IMG/VR virus record: IMGVR_UViG_3300027969_000001
Span: 32,001 to 96,000 of that record
Source: a virus
Direction: 5' to 3' (one strand)
Length of the DNA: 64,000 bases
The notes beneath the pieces were generated by a model. That model had not been told where the DNA came from and did no database searches. It saw nothing but the letters and a program-made list of their open reading frames with translations. Made by a program: the position numbers and the translations under genes. Shown piece after piece: positions 59,401 to 64,000 of this stretch (the stretch's first letter is position 1; each line of letters opens with the position of its first letter).

Positions 59401-60211
59401 GATATTCGCCACGCAGTGCTCCATCGCCGTGCATAACTGCGTACTCTCGAATTGGGGTAACCCAGTCACCGGGGGTTATCTTCATGTCGTCTGGTGGAAG
59501 ATTCTTTAGTCTCTCTATTTCGTCTCGAACACCCTGAGACCAATCGCTAGGTTCGATACTTCTGCTGGTTCCTTCTGGAAGTTTGCCACGCGCCATATAT
59601 CTGGCGAGTTGTTTTTCTAGTTTTTCTATCTTTTTACTGTTTGAAAGAGGCACCGCACGATAAATAGTCACCTCGGCATTTGGCTTGCCTTTGTATTGCT
59701 TAATCAGGCTGGCGGCTATTGGGTCAAGCTGGTCATCCCCGACACCATAAAAACGTATTGCATCGGCAGAATAGACGTCCTCTGGATAAACTCCACCATC
59801 TGCCAACATGTCATGTAGGGGAGCGCCTGCGCCTCTTTCTGGAGCTCCATGCTGGCCTCTGTAGTCCTCGTTAGCGCCCGAAGACATTCTTCTGGCTGTC
59901 TCAGTGCCTCTTGTGGGCGAATCTATGCCAATAAAACGTGGATTAGTTGAGCCTTCGTCTACCCAGCCGTCATTGTCGGGGTCAAAGTTGCTGAGGGTGG
60001 GTTTTCTGTAGCCACGAACTCCGCCCGTCGGTGCATCAATGTCCATCCCGCCACGGCGGCGTCTTCCTTCGCCAATGCTTGGCCTATCCACTAGTCGGCT
60101 ACCGACTAATCGGGCGAGTCTATTTCCAAGCGCTTTCTGCTCTACTGAGGCAGGGCGCGCTCTACGGGATTCCTCTATGGGAATAAGGAACTCATTATCA
60201 TCGACAGACAT
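47459..60211 (-). CDS. 4250-aa polyvalent protein: ART-like domains, two DUF3626-like domains, DEDDh exonuclease, two HExxH zincins, HDxxGH domain, GNAT
   Basis: DYETTG..QNATFD..HNADAD; HEWGH and HELGH; VYRG..LSSWS..EDE; RRRTGIA; SQFETG..RPIYG..EAQVH. Confidence 0.85.
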   Translation of the reverse strand: MSVDDNEFLIPIEESRRARPASVEQKALGNRLARLVGSRLVDRPSIGEGRRRRGGMDIDAPTGGVRGYRKPTLSNFDPDNDGWVDEGSTNPRFIGIDSPTRGTETARRMSSGANEDYRGQHGAPERGAGAPLHDMLADGGVYPEDVYSADAIRFYGVGDDQLDPIAASLIKQYKGKPNAEVTIYRAVPLSNSKKIEKLEKQLARYMARGKLPEGTSRSIEPSDWSQGVRDEIERLKNLPPDDMKITPGDWVTPIREYAVMHGDGALRGEYQIIKKRVKAKDIYTAGDSWLEWGYDPEVTKKLSSGTEINNADISAAYTQEIFGKLRALKERLGYGTNFEEKVSKEKLDTRIKETAESAKRQIDYYFKKDTILPQEAIDYINEVVAEGKFFTSEMTGRDAEAAFFPIQARLRESGVWAKGDPIPPSVALEISRQIHIARGDTEMVAKIDEFKTYLKTATPEQLNADMRKASEAYGKSIDTRVLVRTRSIASFIKGNRTILTQHDKEEREAADIESMNLIGDAITTSARRKVEGNLLGLPFEEGVEDPPEVRELRPSSGYVTTSKTALAREEKFKKIYGDDIKLMYEGPAGAALEASQNRTQKYGDSHFVLRPEVAERTRVFDADTVDMSMKDNAPLQLSSLGEDGVFLSSFSPLGILYDYKTGDTYPTPSGAFEASSDNGISASYKEALVLGRFKPEEVQAIIATPKEFRKELGELSKDYNENNESNVSLLIDMAQSRDELMREYGIEVVPNIRGGVFKTDDVEMFNPAMTDVWFDKNFGDKGLSKEEIIPDKSTTPYEAWLRVLVKSEKLPVIFEYRGPSGKSEEDKDVWKRDVLKEELARVLSVKTSRAPEVDDSQAFNQLEEQMGDRLSSGKAPRYPREPTLGAFLGEADSYFGDSNSWEEFKKKYNDAEIVFLDYETTGLNFDEFGKATTNGKPTQIGLVRMKNGEEIGRLNLFMNPEEPLGEWSLANLKDADGNPITNEWLATQMPMAEAHRQVAEFIGPDAIIGVQNATFDKNVLDDALRESGIDWTPRGYLDTREISSLTLPVWSEDSPDGPHIVSSRDGTTKPSSSLAAITEYLGVELGDGHHNADADAFATSQVMQKIIDGAIENNWDTSVLSRKRRDEKLRLEREKFDADVKKFESDKESFVAAQKEEGSTRLSSGRESTRFTVARGGNHDDSFDQTLEFANPEQEKFKYWELYEKYKRYNRLEPAEDGFGQIDKEAQIRALNEAFGPDVDTWAKALEILNVRRKRFKEDEAYKEELKLEHIKRYGYLYSPVYKNGEKTKKAVIEVYDDELAYNSLDALIGKIGKGTEGQTKAVNKVKKVLEGLEESNKLKNRAFKLEHNPDGSGLSYVLMDFDAELSRQKSEEMARLREIYKAEGMSLLDAMYRAIDEIKKDERFSDEKIYSNRNEGESTRLSSGANVVEAFNEPTEVTQQEAADIGLTRESLTGKKVAERIIKKIEETTGKELTKQQKYSIEDAIPGLTKEIAGKTLLDVEVDNAFSETGKQLLESISIDISSDGIPFVSADPIPQLAEQIPDKRDWRTVELPKRDDVISILDEAMKDTVVFNGSVWKDSDGNIIARKIYKNDASTLEFENDEARERFPLLEMLAPKGFVIRSDSIGLPALTQDTLPEPYLEAWKKHSKFVRELTRRAGELMGDEELFLPGSRISHSTDTYLRGYIGGITDPHKFNMGLYGKALQDTHDLFGHLGTGRAFDRHGEWANDLAMMSLADHPDSPLTPQEKMVVKHLHYMMYSAERMLRVGRLDESDLNMNETMGYRNRPRTVFDIEGVSDSETRIYAGDFNSVIKKLDTASTSGRLSSGSKPIYEANEEDIELALAHDILGKSSRPSLASGQERPSIQIRPDSPQRPIIEIGRNERELLREHRAKDYKYGDKSVLGGEIRKTTNTWLRGLSSEQMAKVLVPSNREEHFQMWLDDYAGADVVDPATRLKFQKYYDDFHQKNPWDTPDFSPDNVKAMQELLAQSIEDNPQMKWAFENHGAPSFSFMDPEGIAAYEAIPEVREKFAAIAKQRNDGKPVRARGRMSPNMDTVYLNKEVFLEALDDSIPSVTKSTLRWNGQSPVKGQKSIENSLAGTLLHEWGHWLHFKAIADSEGGPKTTIHTRQRYGSKDKGNTNYARALAVASEFNKFTYDQDRITMFENDVPFSETPDVPRLLTSYGNVNMAETMAEGIVAVLHPDEKIQNEMISPSLKKAVTTLLGGNDTYQPWRDGDRAGRILSSGRSPGVRDERRGRLESALSEIEGLRRSRITETSIPQSRDTQWKKAQIAKFVPIPTTRKPYSPTKPADEKDVLQMFIDDAVSIPGTYDIDSSLAAPKIKREISKKIAESMDFTPQDFVKMFQTSMPGSGVGFADDENFRDVSLILNRTLEGVRDGSKFFYNPKKGSVASGIDFSVEQRVLKIWNESFIPKLESLTAGELFDKSSMWDMYEKTMDDYSIGSIGPTEMRRWSGDHITAIKTQLYYFDMWGNRETRQRREGNPENDYLGIYRLKDGTLISIDSYSLMNSPDDWEQILQKGYGIKKGTDYKDLSELMVAKIDKNTPDDAKDLEVLKELTIQNIKKVIPSPEELLKSRGLVEFDANTPEGQGVLKQALISGLVHTWAISANDSNDVALSMQNVARELFSVDGAVGWDRGNQYRMDRVVASPGPGQIMEDFDGAPVLSEMQRKFVGEFLQTSHEATQQYFEDRGITHLAVYRGITAGENAFGEPIAIGDMDIREVRMRPLSSWSINEATARSFSRRPGNDQSGYVIKAFVPIKDIFSTPFTGFGCLEEDETVILGRPMQAMVFRVDEATRYSADGESLATKLVDVDRDSMAKQIEAKKLSSGETDVLEKPTPYKADTRFNTSYEKEKLDEQSSYMRRFTQALEHYNKTGDWLGGDFDVVVASDKNMNAPTIHSSEAQAKNLLKADIVTRAEDAFTARHESWTRYPGSDKEPERDSFVKNWIKKFEDDINEKSRLLKEEVALLQYKHDSKKIRIEQNVLDLEDITPEEYDDLLKETREILELKQNDRDKYWELFGNGASDGEKFLIHQGSSELDGGVLNPKKTVGSDGFNVASADTKALNNINVADVKARNNQIEKQIEELKKFIESASTDGTIHAGNYNRNSLGLLSSNLSQEFRQNSPDQVIDLAARGWDVAHFISEAHKRIAGLENEQVDVKSVIKALEEADNQFLSALMTGEELAGGYFGRYAHRIIPKHIAENLSRDWDFENRGKDLKVHDSVMMQRWQYAMRGTQWIIGGEQHKHWTNKLGPGYEKQIIGMQRPFVGFSSVTLDEGRNRLYAITPALIVRAIKNYKQGNKKVDLSTLVKPRSISGTEVLQPDELNQELRMSSGKKKVVESVMNANYYGIVSARHIEHTSKDGNETSYWVVLDAGGTITAYDTGSVNDARQKLSESWTKLGFNPMTDKKGPVPIEEVNVLDALKRMEDSKNSIGLMTTIKWNEDDHSEILRTGVARTRRRTGIASEMMRLHRDTWPEQNLQHSDALSPDGRAFAASATPEVLDGQRESVGKNAGKKLSSGLTEHVSNEHAKALVAAYPRSLKEPTEDIAIARKEGRPVSWLLDETIDPKIGAVIGELIDGVLDDPRFKKAFDGEEINPFLLETSKGPWARIRERSPFSERIGPAIDKITGIVLSRDPQMMEWDAETIAKGLVLRAGIHITRAKYLENERKKIIMSADMRVRGTVEDLVSEYDKYAKELVGMGGDYFQPGPMDYNRVVVAVDKEAISGLIKNKKLLSQFETGRSNGHYNPQARQQAEVTLFGYPPDMAPEFRPIYGMAAYGGVTEEVAGSGQQYGNYLLVLKPGNEDRTTVTESDSLSLMGTTSAMNSPDINMMMLRNAGEKDTFDYPVEAQVHPGEGGISLDDIAYIIVRDDYTGENPDEGEKLQALSRRLGIPAVSEYDIDYGGTPGAFDEDYILNAGGEQAGDSSPESTRLSSGRSNRRLRKGRPGAKPRSDAEYVAYSANELSIRAVPSSPEELASILRSSPHTKNSNKSIRKINKLIEELEINWDKQKELQKKVELTLSNSPSLRNMLGRFDIPPMLLTDFGLKQGFIFESDLEPTNWYAGGGVYTPSYGFIAFPDKVLKDYIPGTNLTGEYVIRHELGHAIHAMAKKTNKAAFKRESEDLDGIYKELKAATSWAKDELKAGRSSSEIEDELSSMVNMLSEYDSSLAKQISDYAATNRAEYIAEAIAYATAPANEGLRRLKAEHYDMLSEFLGLTVEELKTMGL

Positions 60212-60260
60212 TCAAAGCAATAATAGCACTGCTTTCAGCGCTAAAACACAGATAAATAAG

Positions 60261-60584
60261 CTATGGGAGGCGTTGTCCACACTTCATGCAAGTCCTAGCC
60301 CACGGATAGTATTTAACGAACTCTACGGGGTGACTACATTCAAGAATATTCTTGGCTTCAGTGTTGAGGGTTTTTCTAATCCACGCAGAAACTGTCAACT
60401 GTTCTTTTAAGGATGCATCTTTCCACCGGTCACGTTCGTAGTCTGTCGTGCGTATAAGTATTTGCTTATCTGCCGGACCATCGTCGTTTTTTACAATCGG
60501 AGCCACAGACATGTCGATATTTTCAGCAACTTTATCCATTGCGGCCCTAATGTTTGAATTAGTTGGCTCTTCTATGTCACTCAT
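60261..60584 (-). CDS. RHH-like protein with C-terminal Zn ribbon
   Basis: QILIRT...W...TVSAWIRKTLN; C.H...CxxC. Confidence 0.6.
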   Translation of the reverse strand: MSDIEEPTNSNIRAAMDKVAENIDMSVAPIVKNDDGPADKQILIRTTDYERDRWKDASLKEQLTVSAWIRKTLNTEAKNILECSHPVEFVKYYPWARTCMKCGQRLP

Positions 60585-61197
60585 TTTTTTCCTCTTCTAT
60601 CACTTCAGCATCGATGATGTCAGAATCCTTGTCACCCATAAGCAAGCGAACGGTACTTTCTGGCAAAACACCAGAAATAGCCATAAGCTCCAAAAGCTTC
60701 TTGGATTCAGATTCCGAGTCTACTCCAGTTAGTGGCTTCGTAACGCCAGGTTGACCGGCAATGGTAGCCCTAACGGTCTGTGAACCATTTACATCCATCT
60801 GGACGTTAATGTTCGTATGTTCCATTCCCAGCAGTTTTGTTCTGCGGTCCATGATTGACAAGACTTGCTGAATTGCCTTAAGGTCTGGCTCTACCTGTAT
60901 TTCCGTGCCATCGTCTGTGACTACGCGCCTATGCTGGGTTAGTGGCCAAATAGCCTGCTGTAGGTTGTCTAGGCGCTCCAGCTCCATTCTCAAGACCTCG
61001 GGGTAGGCAAGTATTGCCTCTCTGTTCATCTTCTCAAGTTGACGCTGAATAGAGCGAGAGACAGATGACGTTGAAACGCCAAATCTTCTAGCTATCTCGT
61101 TTACGGATGTACCAGCTTGACGCATCTTAAATATGCGCATGTCTCGTTCGCTTAAAAACTCTTTGGTTGTTATCGGCTTTGCTTTGTCGTCACTCAT
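60577..61197 (-). CDS. HTH protein, probable terminase small subunit
   Basis: G.S..EIARRFGVS; ELERLD.L...W...AI..VL.IMDRR.KLLG. Confidence 0.6.
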   Translation of the reverse strand: MSDDKAKPITTKEFLSERDMRIFKMRQAGTSVNEIARRFGVSTSSVSRSIQRQLEKMNREAILAYPEVLRMELERLDNLQQAIWPLTQHRRVVTDDGTEIQVEPDLKAIQQVLSIMDRRTKLLGMEHTNINVQMDVNGSQTVRATIAGQPGVTKPLTGVDSESESKKLLELMAISGVLPESTVRLLMGDKDSDIIDAEVIEEEKNE

Positions 61198-63017
61198 TTA
61201 GATACGTGGTTCCACTCAATTACCTCAAACGGGAATCTTTTCCCACGTCTCATTTTAGTAGGCCAATGCCTCTCATCGCGTGCACCTCTGAAGTGTTTCA
61301 CATCGTACACATACTCACCTAGAGCCGTTGGGTCGGGAGTGAGGGAGATACCGAACTCTGGCCACCTCGACCATACCGCTGAACCAAATGGTCGCAATTC
61401 TCTTGACGTCATGCTTGAGCCCAGTGGGGCGTGATGCTCAATCCATAGAGCACAGCCATACACGACACGAATAGTGTCAAGATACTTGGCTACTTCTAGA
61501 GCTACTGATTCTGAAGTTCTGCCACCTGGGTCAAGGAACGCTTTATAAAGAGGTCCTATCAACAGTATTTGTGGCTTCACGTCTTCAATAGCCTGCTCCA
61601 GTACTGCTCTGTCTGAGGCTTTCATTAGGTCCATGCCGGACGGTTTTGTTAATACGTAGGCGTCAAACCTGTCGGTCCTTGAATACGCCATTGCGTCTTT
61701 GGCAATAGCACGAGAGGTTCGTCTAATAATCTTTTCTGGGTTTTCAAGGTCGACAGTTAATGTCCTAACCCTCGGCATTGGCTGCAACGAAAGGGGATGA
61801 ATCCCGCACGAAGAAAGAATAGCAACCTGTCTAGCAAGCATTGTCTTGCCAACACCTTCGGCTGCTACGACGATTACACGCTCTGACTTTTCTAGCAAAC
61901 CAGGGATAACCCATTCGTAGGATTCGTCATCCGATTCACCCAGGAAGTCGTTCCACTGAACGAGTCTTCCAGTATCTACCGCCCTAGTCATACTGGCAGT
62001 AGCAATAATTAAATTGCTTTTTGCAATCTTTTGAAGAGGGCTTATGTCTTTTCTGTCAAGCAAGTCTTGTAGTTTGGCTAGAGCCATTTCTTCAAGCGAC
62101 TCTTGTTCTTCATCTTCTTCAACTAGTTGATTATTTGTGGATTCTTGAATCCCAACATTCTCTTGCTCTGTAAATCTGTATTCCTCAATAGCAATGAGTT
62201 CATCAAGTTCTCCACCAGCACCAATGTGGTCGGATATGTCTTTTGCTTCTGGACACATCCAAATCTGTGCATCACACCCAGCGTCAATTAATGTTTCAAA
62301 TACTTTCTTAGCGTGAGCAATACCTACTTCATCATGGTCTGCAATTATTTCAATTACAGCACCAGACAAAGCCTCGGTATGAATGTCGAGCCACTTGCCC
62401 GCACCGCCAGGCATTGTTGTTGCTATCTCTCCAAGTGAGGCAAGCGTATTCGCGTCCTTTTCACCTTCTACCAACCAAATGGGAATTCCCTCTTGTTTGG
62501 CTGCCAGAACTAAGGGAAGATTGTAGAGAACTTTCGGTATCTCACCGAGACTGTATTCCCACCCACCGTTTCCATCCGGTTTGCGTTGGCGAAATGTTTT
62601 TTTTCCTTCTTCGTCTATGTAGCGAAGTTTCTGAAATAAAACGTTTCCGTCAGCATCAACATAGTTGTACGTATCTACCAGCGTTGTTTTCAATGCTTGC
62701 TTTGGTGCCTGTGCTGGCTTGTTAATCTTTAAAGGTTTCTCAGTAAGAAAACTTTTAGCAGAAGAAAGAGTATCGTCTCCTGGCATTAAGTCAGACACAT
62801 GTAGTCCAACAGACGCACATATTGCTTCTACGTCACAAGATTGACCACGATGGCAAGTGACCAGTACTCGTCCATCATCCCCTTGCCCAACGGAGAGTGA
62901 AGGGTTTGAGTCGTCGTTTCTGCACGGGCATCTAGCCTGCCAGCCTGAACCAGTCTTGCGAACACCCTCAAGCCGCTGTAAAAAATTTTCTGTTATCTGA
63001 GATGCGATTACTGACAT
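61194..63017 (-). CDS. Primase-helicase (Zn finger, TOPRIM, RecA-like AAA)
   Basis: CPC..CH..C; VEGEKD, DHD; AAEGVGKT; EHH. Confidence 0.9.
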   Translation of the reverse strand: MSVIASQITENFLQRLEGVRKTGSGWQARCPCRNDDSNPSLSVGQGDDGRVLVTCHRGQSCDVEAICASVGLHVSDLMPGDDTLSSAKSFLTEKPLKINKPAQAPKQALKTTLVDTYNYVDADGNVLFQKLRYIDEEGKKTFRQRKPDGNGGWEYSLGEIPKVLYNLPLVLAAKQEGIPIWLVEGEKDANTLASLGEIATTMPGGAGKWLDIHTEALSGAVIEIIADHDEVGIAHAKKVFETLIDAGCDAQIWMCPEAKDISDHIGAGGELDELIAIEEYRFTEQENVGIQESTNNQLVEEDEEQESLEEMALAKLQDLLDRKDISPLQKIAKSNLIIATASMTRAVDTGRLVQWNDFLGESDDESYEWVIPGLLEKSERVIVVAAEGVGKTMLARQVAILSSCGIHPLSLQPMPRVRTLTVDLENPEKIIRRTSRAIAKDAMAYSRTDRFDAYVLTKPSGMDLMKASDRAVLEQAIEDVKPQILLIGPLYKAFLDPGGRTSESVALEVAKYLDTIRVVYGCALWIEHHAPLGSSMTSRELRPFGSAVWSRWPEFGISLTPDPTALGEYVYDVKHFRGARDERHWPTKMRRGKRFPFEVIEWNHVSK

Positions 63018-63035
63018 TTAGCAGGCCTGTCGTGG

Positions 63036-63365
63036 TTAGTTTGGCAAAAGAATGTTGATTGGTTCTCGCGGTACTACGAAAATATTTAAGCGCCGACGCA
63101 TTGTTTGTCTTTCACGTTCAGTCATCCCGCCCCATATCCCGAAGTGCTCATGATACAGGCCGTATGAAAGACATTCTTCCTTAACGTGACAGTCGGAACA
63201 TATTTGTAAAGCAATACCGGTATTCATTCTGGCTTTTCTGTAGTTATCAGAAAAATTTCCTGGCTGAGTTTTATCAGCGTGTGGATACCAGATGTTTGGG
63301 TTAAGACCTTTGCAATCACCATCTCTTGGTGGTGTGTCAACTCTTTGCATCTTTTCCCCGTTCAA
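63036..63365 (-). CDS. whiB: WhiB-family regulator
   Basis: C...CSDC....C...GIWGG...ER. Confidence 0.9.
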   Translation of the reverse strand: MNGEKMQRVDTPPRDGDCKGLNPNIWYPHADKTQPGNFSDNYRKARMNTGIALQICSDCHVKEECLSYGLYHEHFGIWGGMTERERQTMRRRLNIFVVPREPINILLPN

Positions 63366-63382
63366 GTAGTTAACGAAGAATA

Positions 63383-63793
63383 CTATCTTGCGTCAGACAG
63401 TCTTGCTACGTCGATTGAAGAAAGATATATCGTTGCGCTGCGTATAACAAGTTGACCATCAATGTCTTGAGCTTTTATGTCTACGGCGTCTTGTGATATG
63501 TTGAACTTTGCTGCTATAGAAGCACGTGTTTGTTCTATGTGTAATTCTTCGTCAATCAATGTTGATTCGTAATATCTAGGAATCTTTGTATTTGCTAAAG
63601 CTTTTAACTCTGTGTCTTTTTCGCTTGCGCGTAGGCACCATGCACAAGCTAAAACTTTTGTTGTTGCTGCTCTTTTACGAGACTCAACATGACCGCAAGA
63701 AAGTCTATGAAGATAAACAAAATGACCCCATCTGCCGGTCTTCGATATTTCAATTATCTCCCTACGGGGAGCACGTCTGTGGTCGGTGGTCAT
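63383..63793 (-). CDS. Hypothetical Zn-binding protein
   Basis: LSCGH...CAWC. Confidence 0.6.
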   Translation of the reverse strand: MTTDHRRAPRREIIEISKTGRWGHFVYLHRLSCGHVESRKRAATTKVLACAWCLRASEKDTELKALANTKIPRYYESTLIDEELHIEQTRASIAAKFNISQDAVDIKAQDIDGQLVIRSATIYLSSIDVARLSDAR

Positions 63794-64000
63794 TTAACCA
63801 CAATACATCAATAAGTCAATGCTTATTTGAGGCGAAGAATCTTACGAATCCAGCTTTTCTTCTTTTTTACTTCAGAAGCAAATGTGACGTTAATTTTCTC
63901 AACTACATCGTCAACCTCGTCAAAAAAGATTCGAACTACTTCTTCTTTAACAGGGTCTGCCAAAGTAATTAATTCGTCGTCAAACTCAACAGCAATCGCT

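Noticed and set aside
48884-60410. Plus-strand ORFs inside the giant gene and other antisense shadow ORFs (e.g. 12697..13260, 19487..20107)
   Set aside because: Antisense to well-supported genes, with no RBS or motifs.
1-64000. Stop-codon reassignment
   Set aside because: Conserved genes and a 12.7-kb ORF are intact in the standard code, all three stops end genes, and no suppressor tRNA is present.

Overview
The window looks like a 64 kb segment of a large dsDNA phage of an actinobacterial host. Host evidence: two WhiB genes, an Rpf-type transglycosylase, an actinobacterial-type SSB and a CGAAC-N4-GTTCG LexA box. No bacterial housekeeping operons are present. There are three zones. (1) 1-10.5 kb: regulatory and replication genes (wHTH/RHH proteins, metallophosphoesterase, Ntn-protease, WhiB, initiator plus helicase loader). 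(2) About 10.5-41 kb: an accessory zone of short genes, mostly transcribed outward from ~25.3 kb and organised as repeated cassettes. By hand count it holds about 65 copies of an oriented AATAGATAAGT box, 21 copies of one promoter type (GTAGKTYYGWACC-N8-TAnnnT), 16 AGCCCCG-N16/17/27-CGGGGCT palindromes with outer arms, and 7 copies of a TCATCCACCACCGTCA-N5-TAACG motif. Three hairpin RNAs have loops antisense to the ribosome-binding leaders of these genes. (3) 41-64 kb: muralytic enzyme, two AUA-decoding tRNA-Ile genes (CAU and the rare UAU), thioredoxin, SSB, a 4250-aa multi-enzyme protein whose domains are separated by 11 [RKI][LM]SSG linkers (candidate cleaved polyprotein), probable terminase small subunit, primase-helicase and WhiB. 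All family assignments come from motifs recognised by eye, and all counts are manual. No database searches were run.
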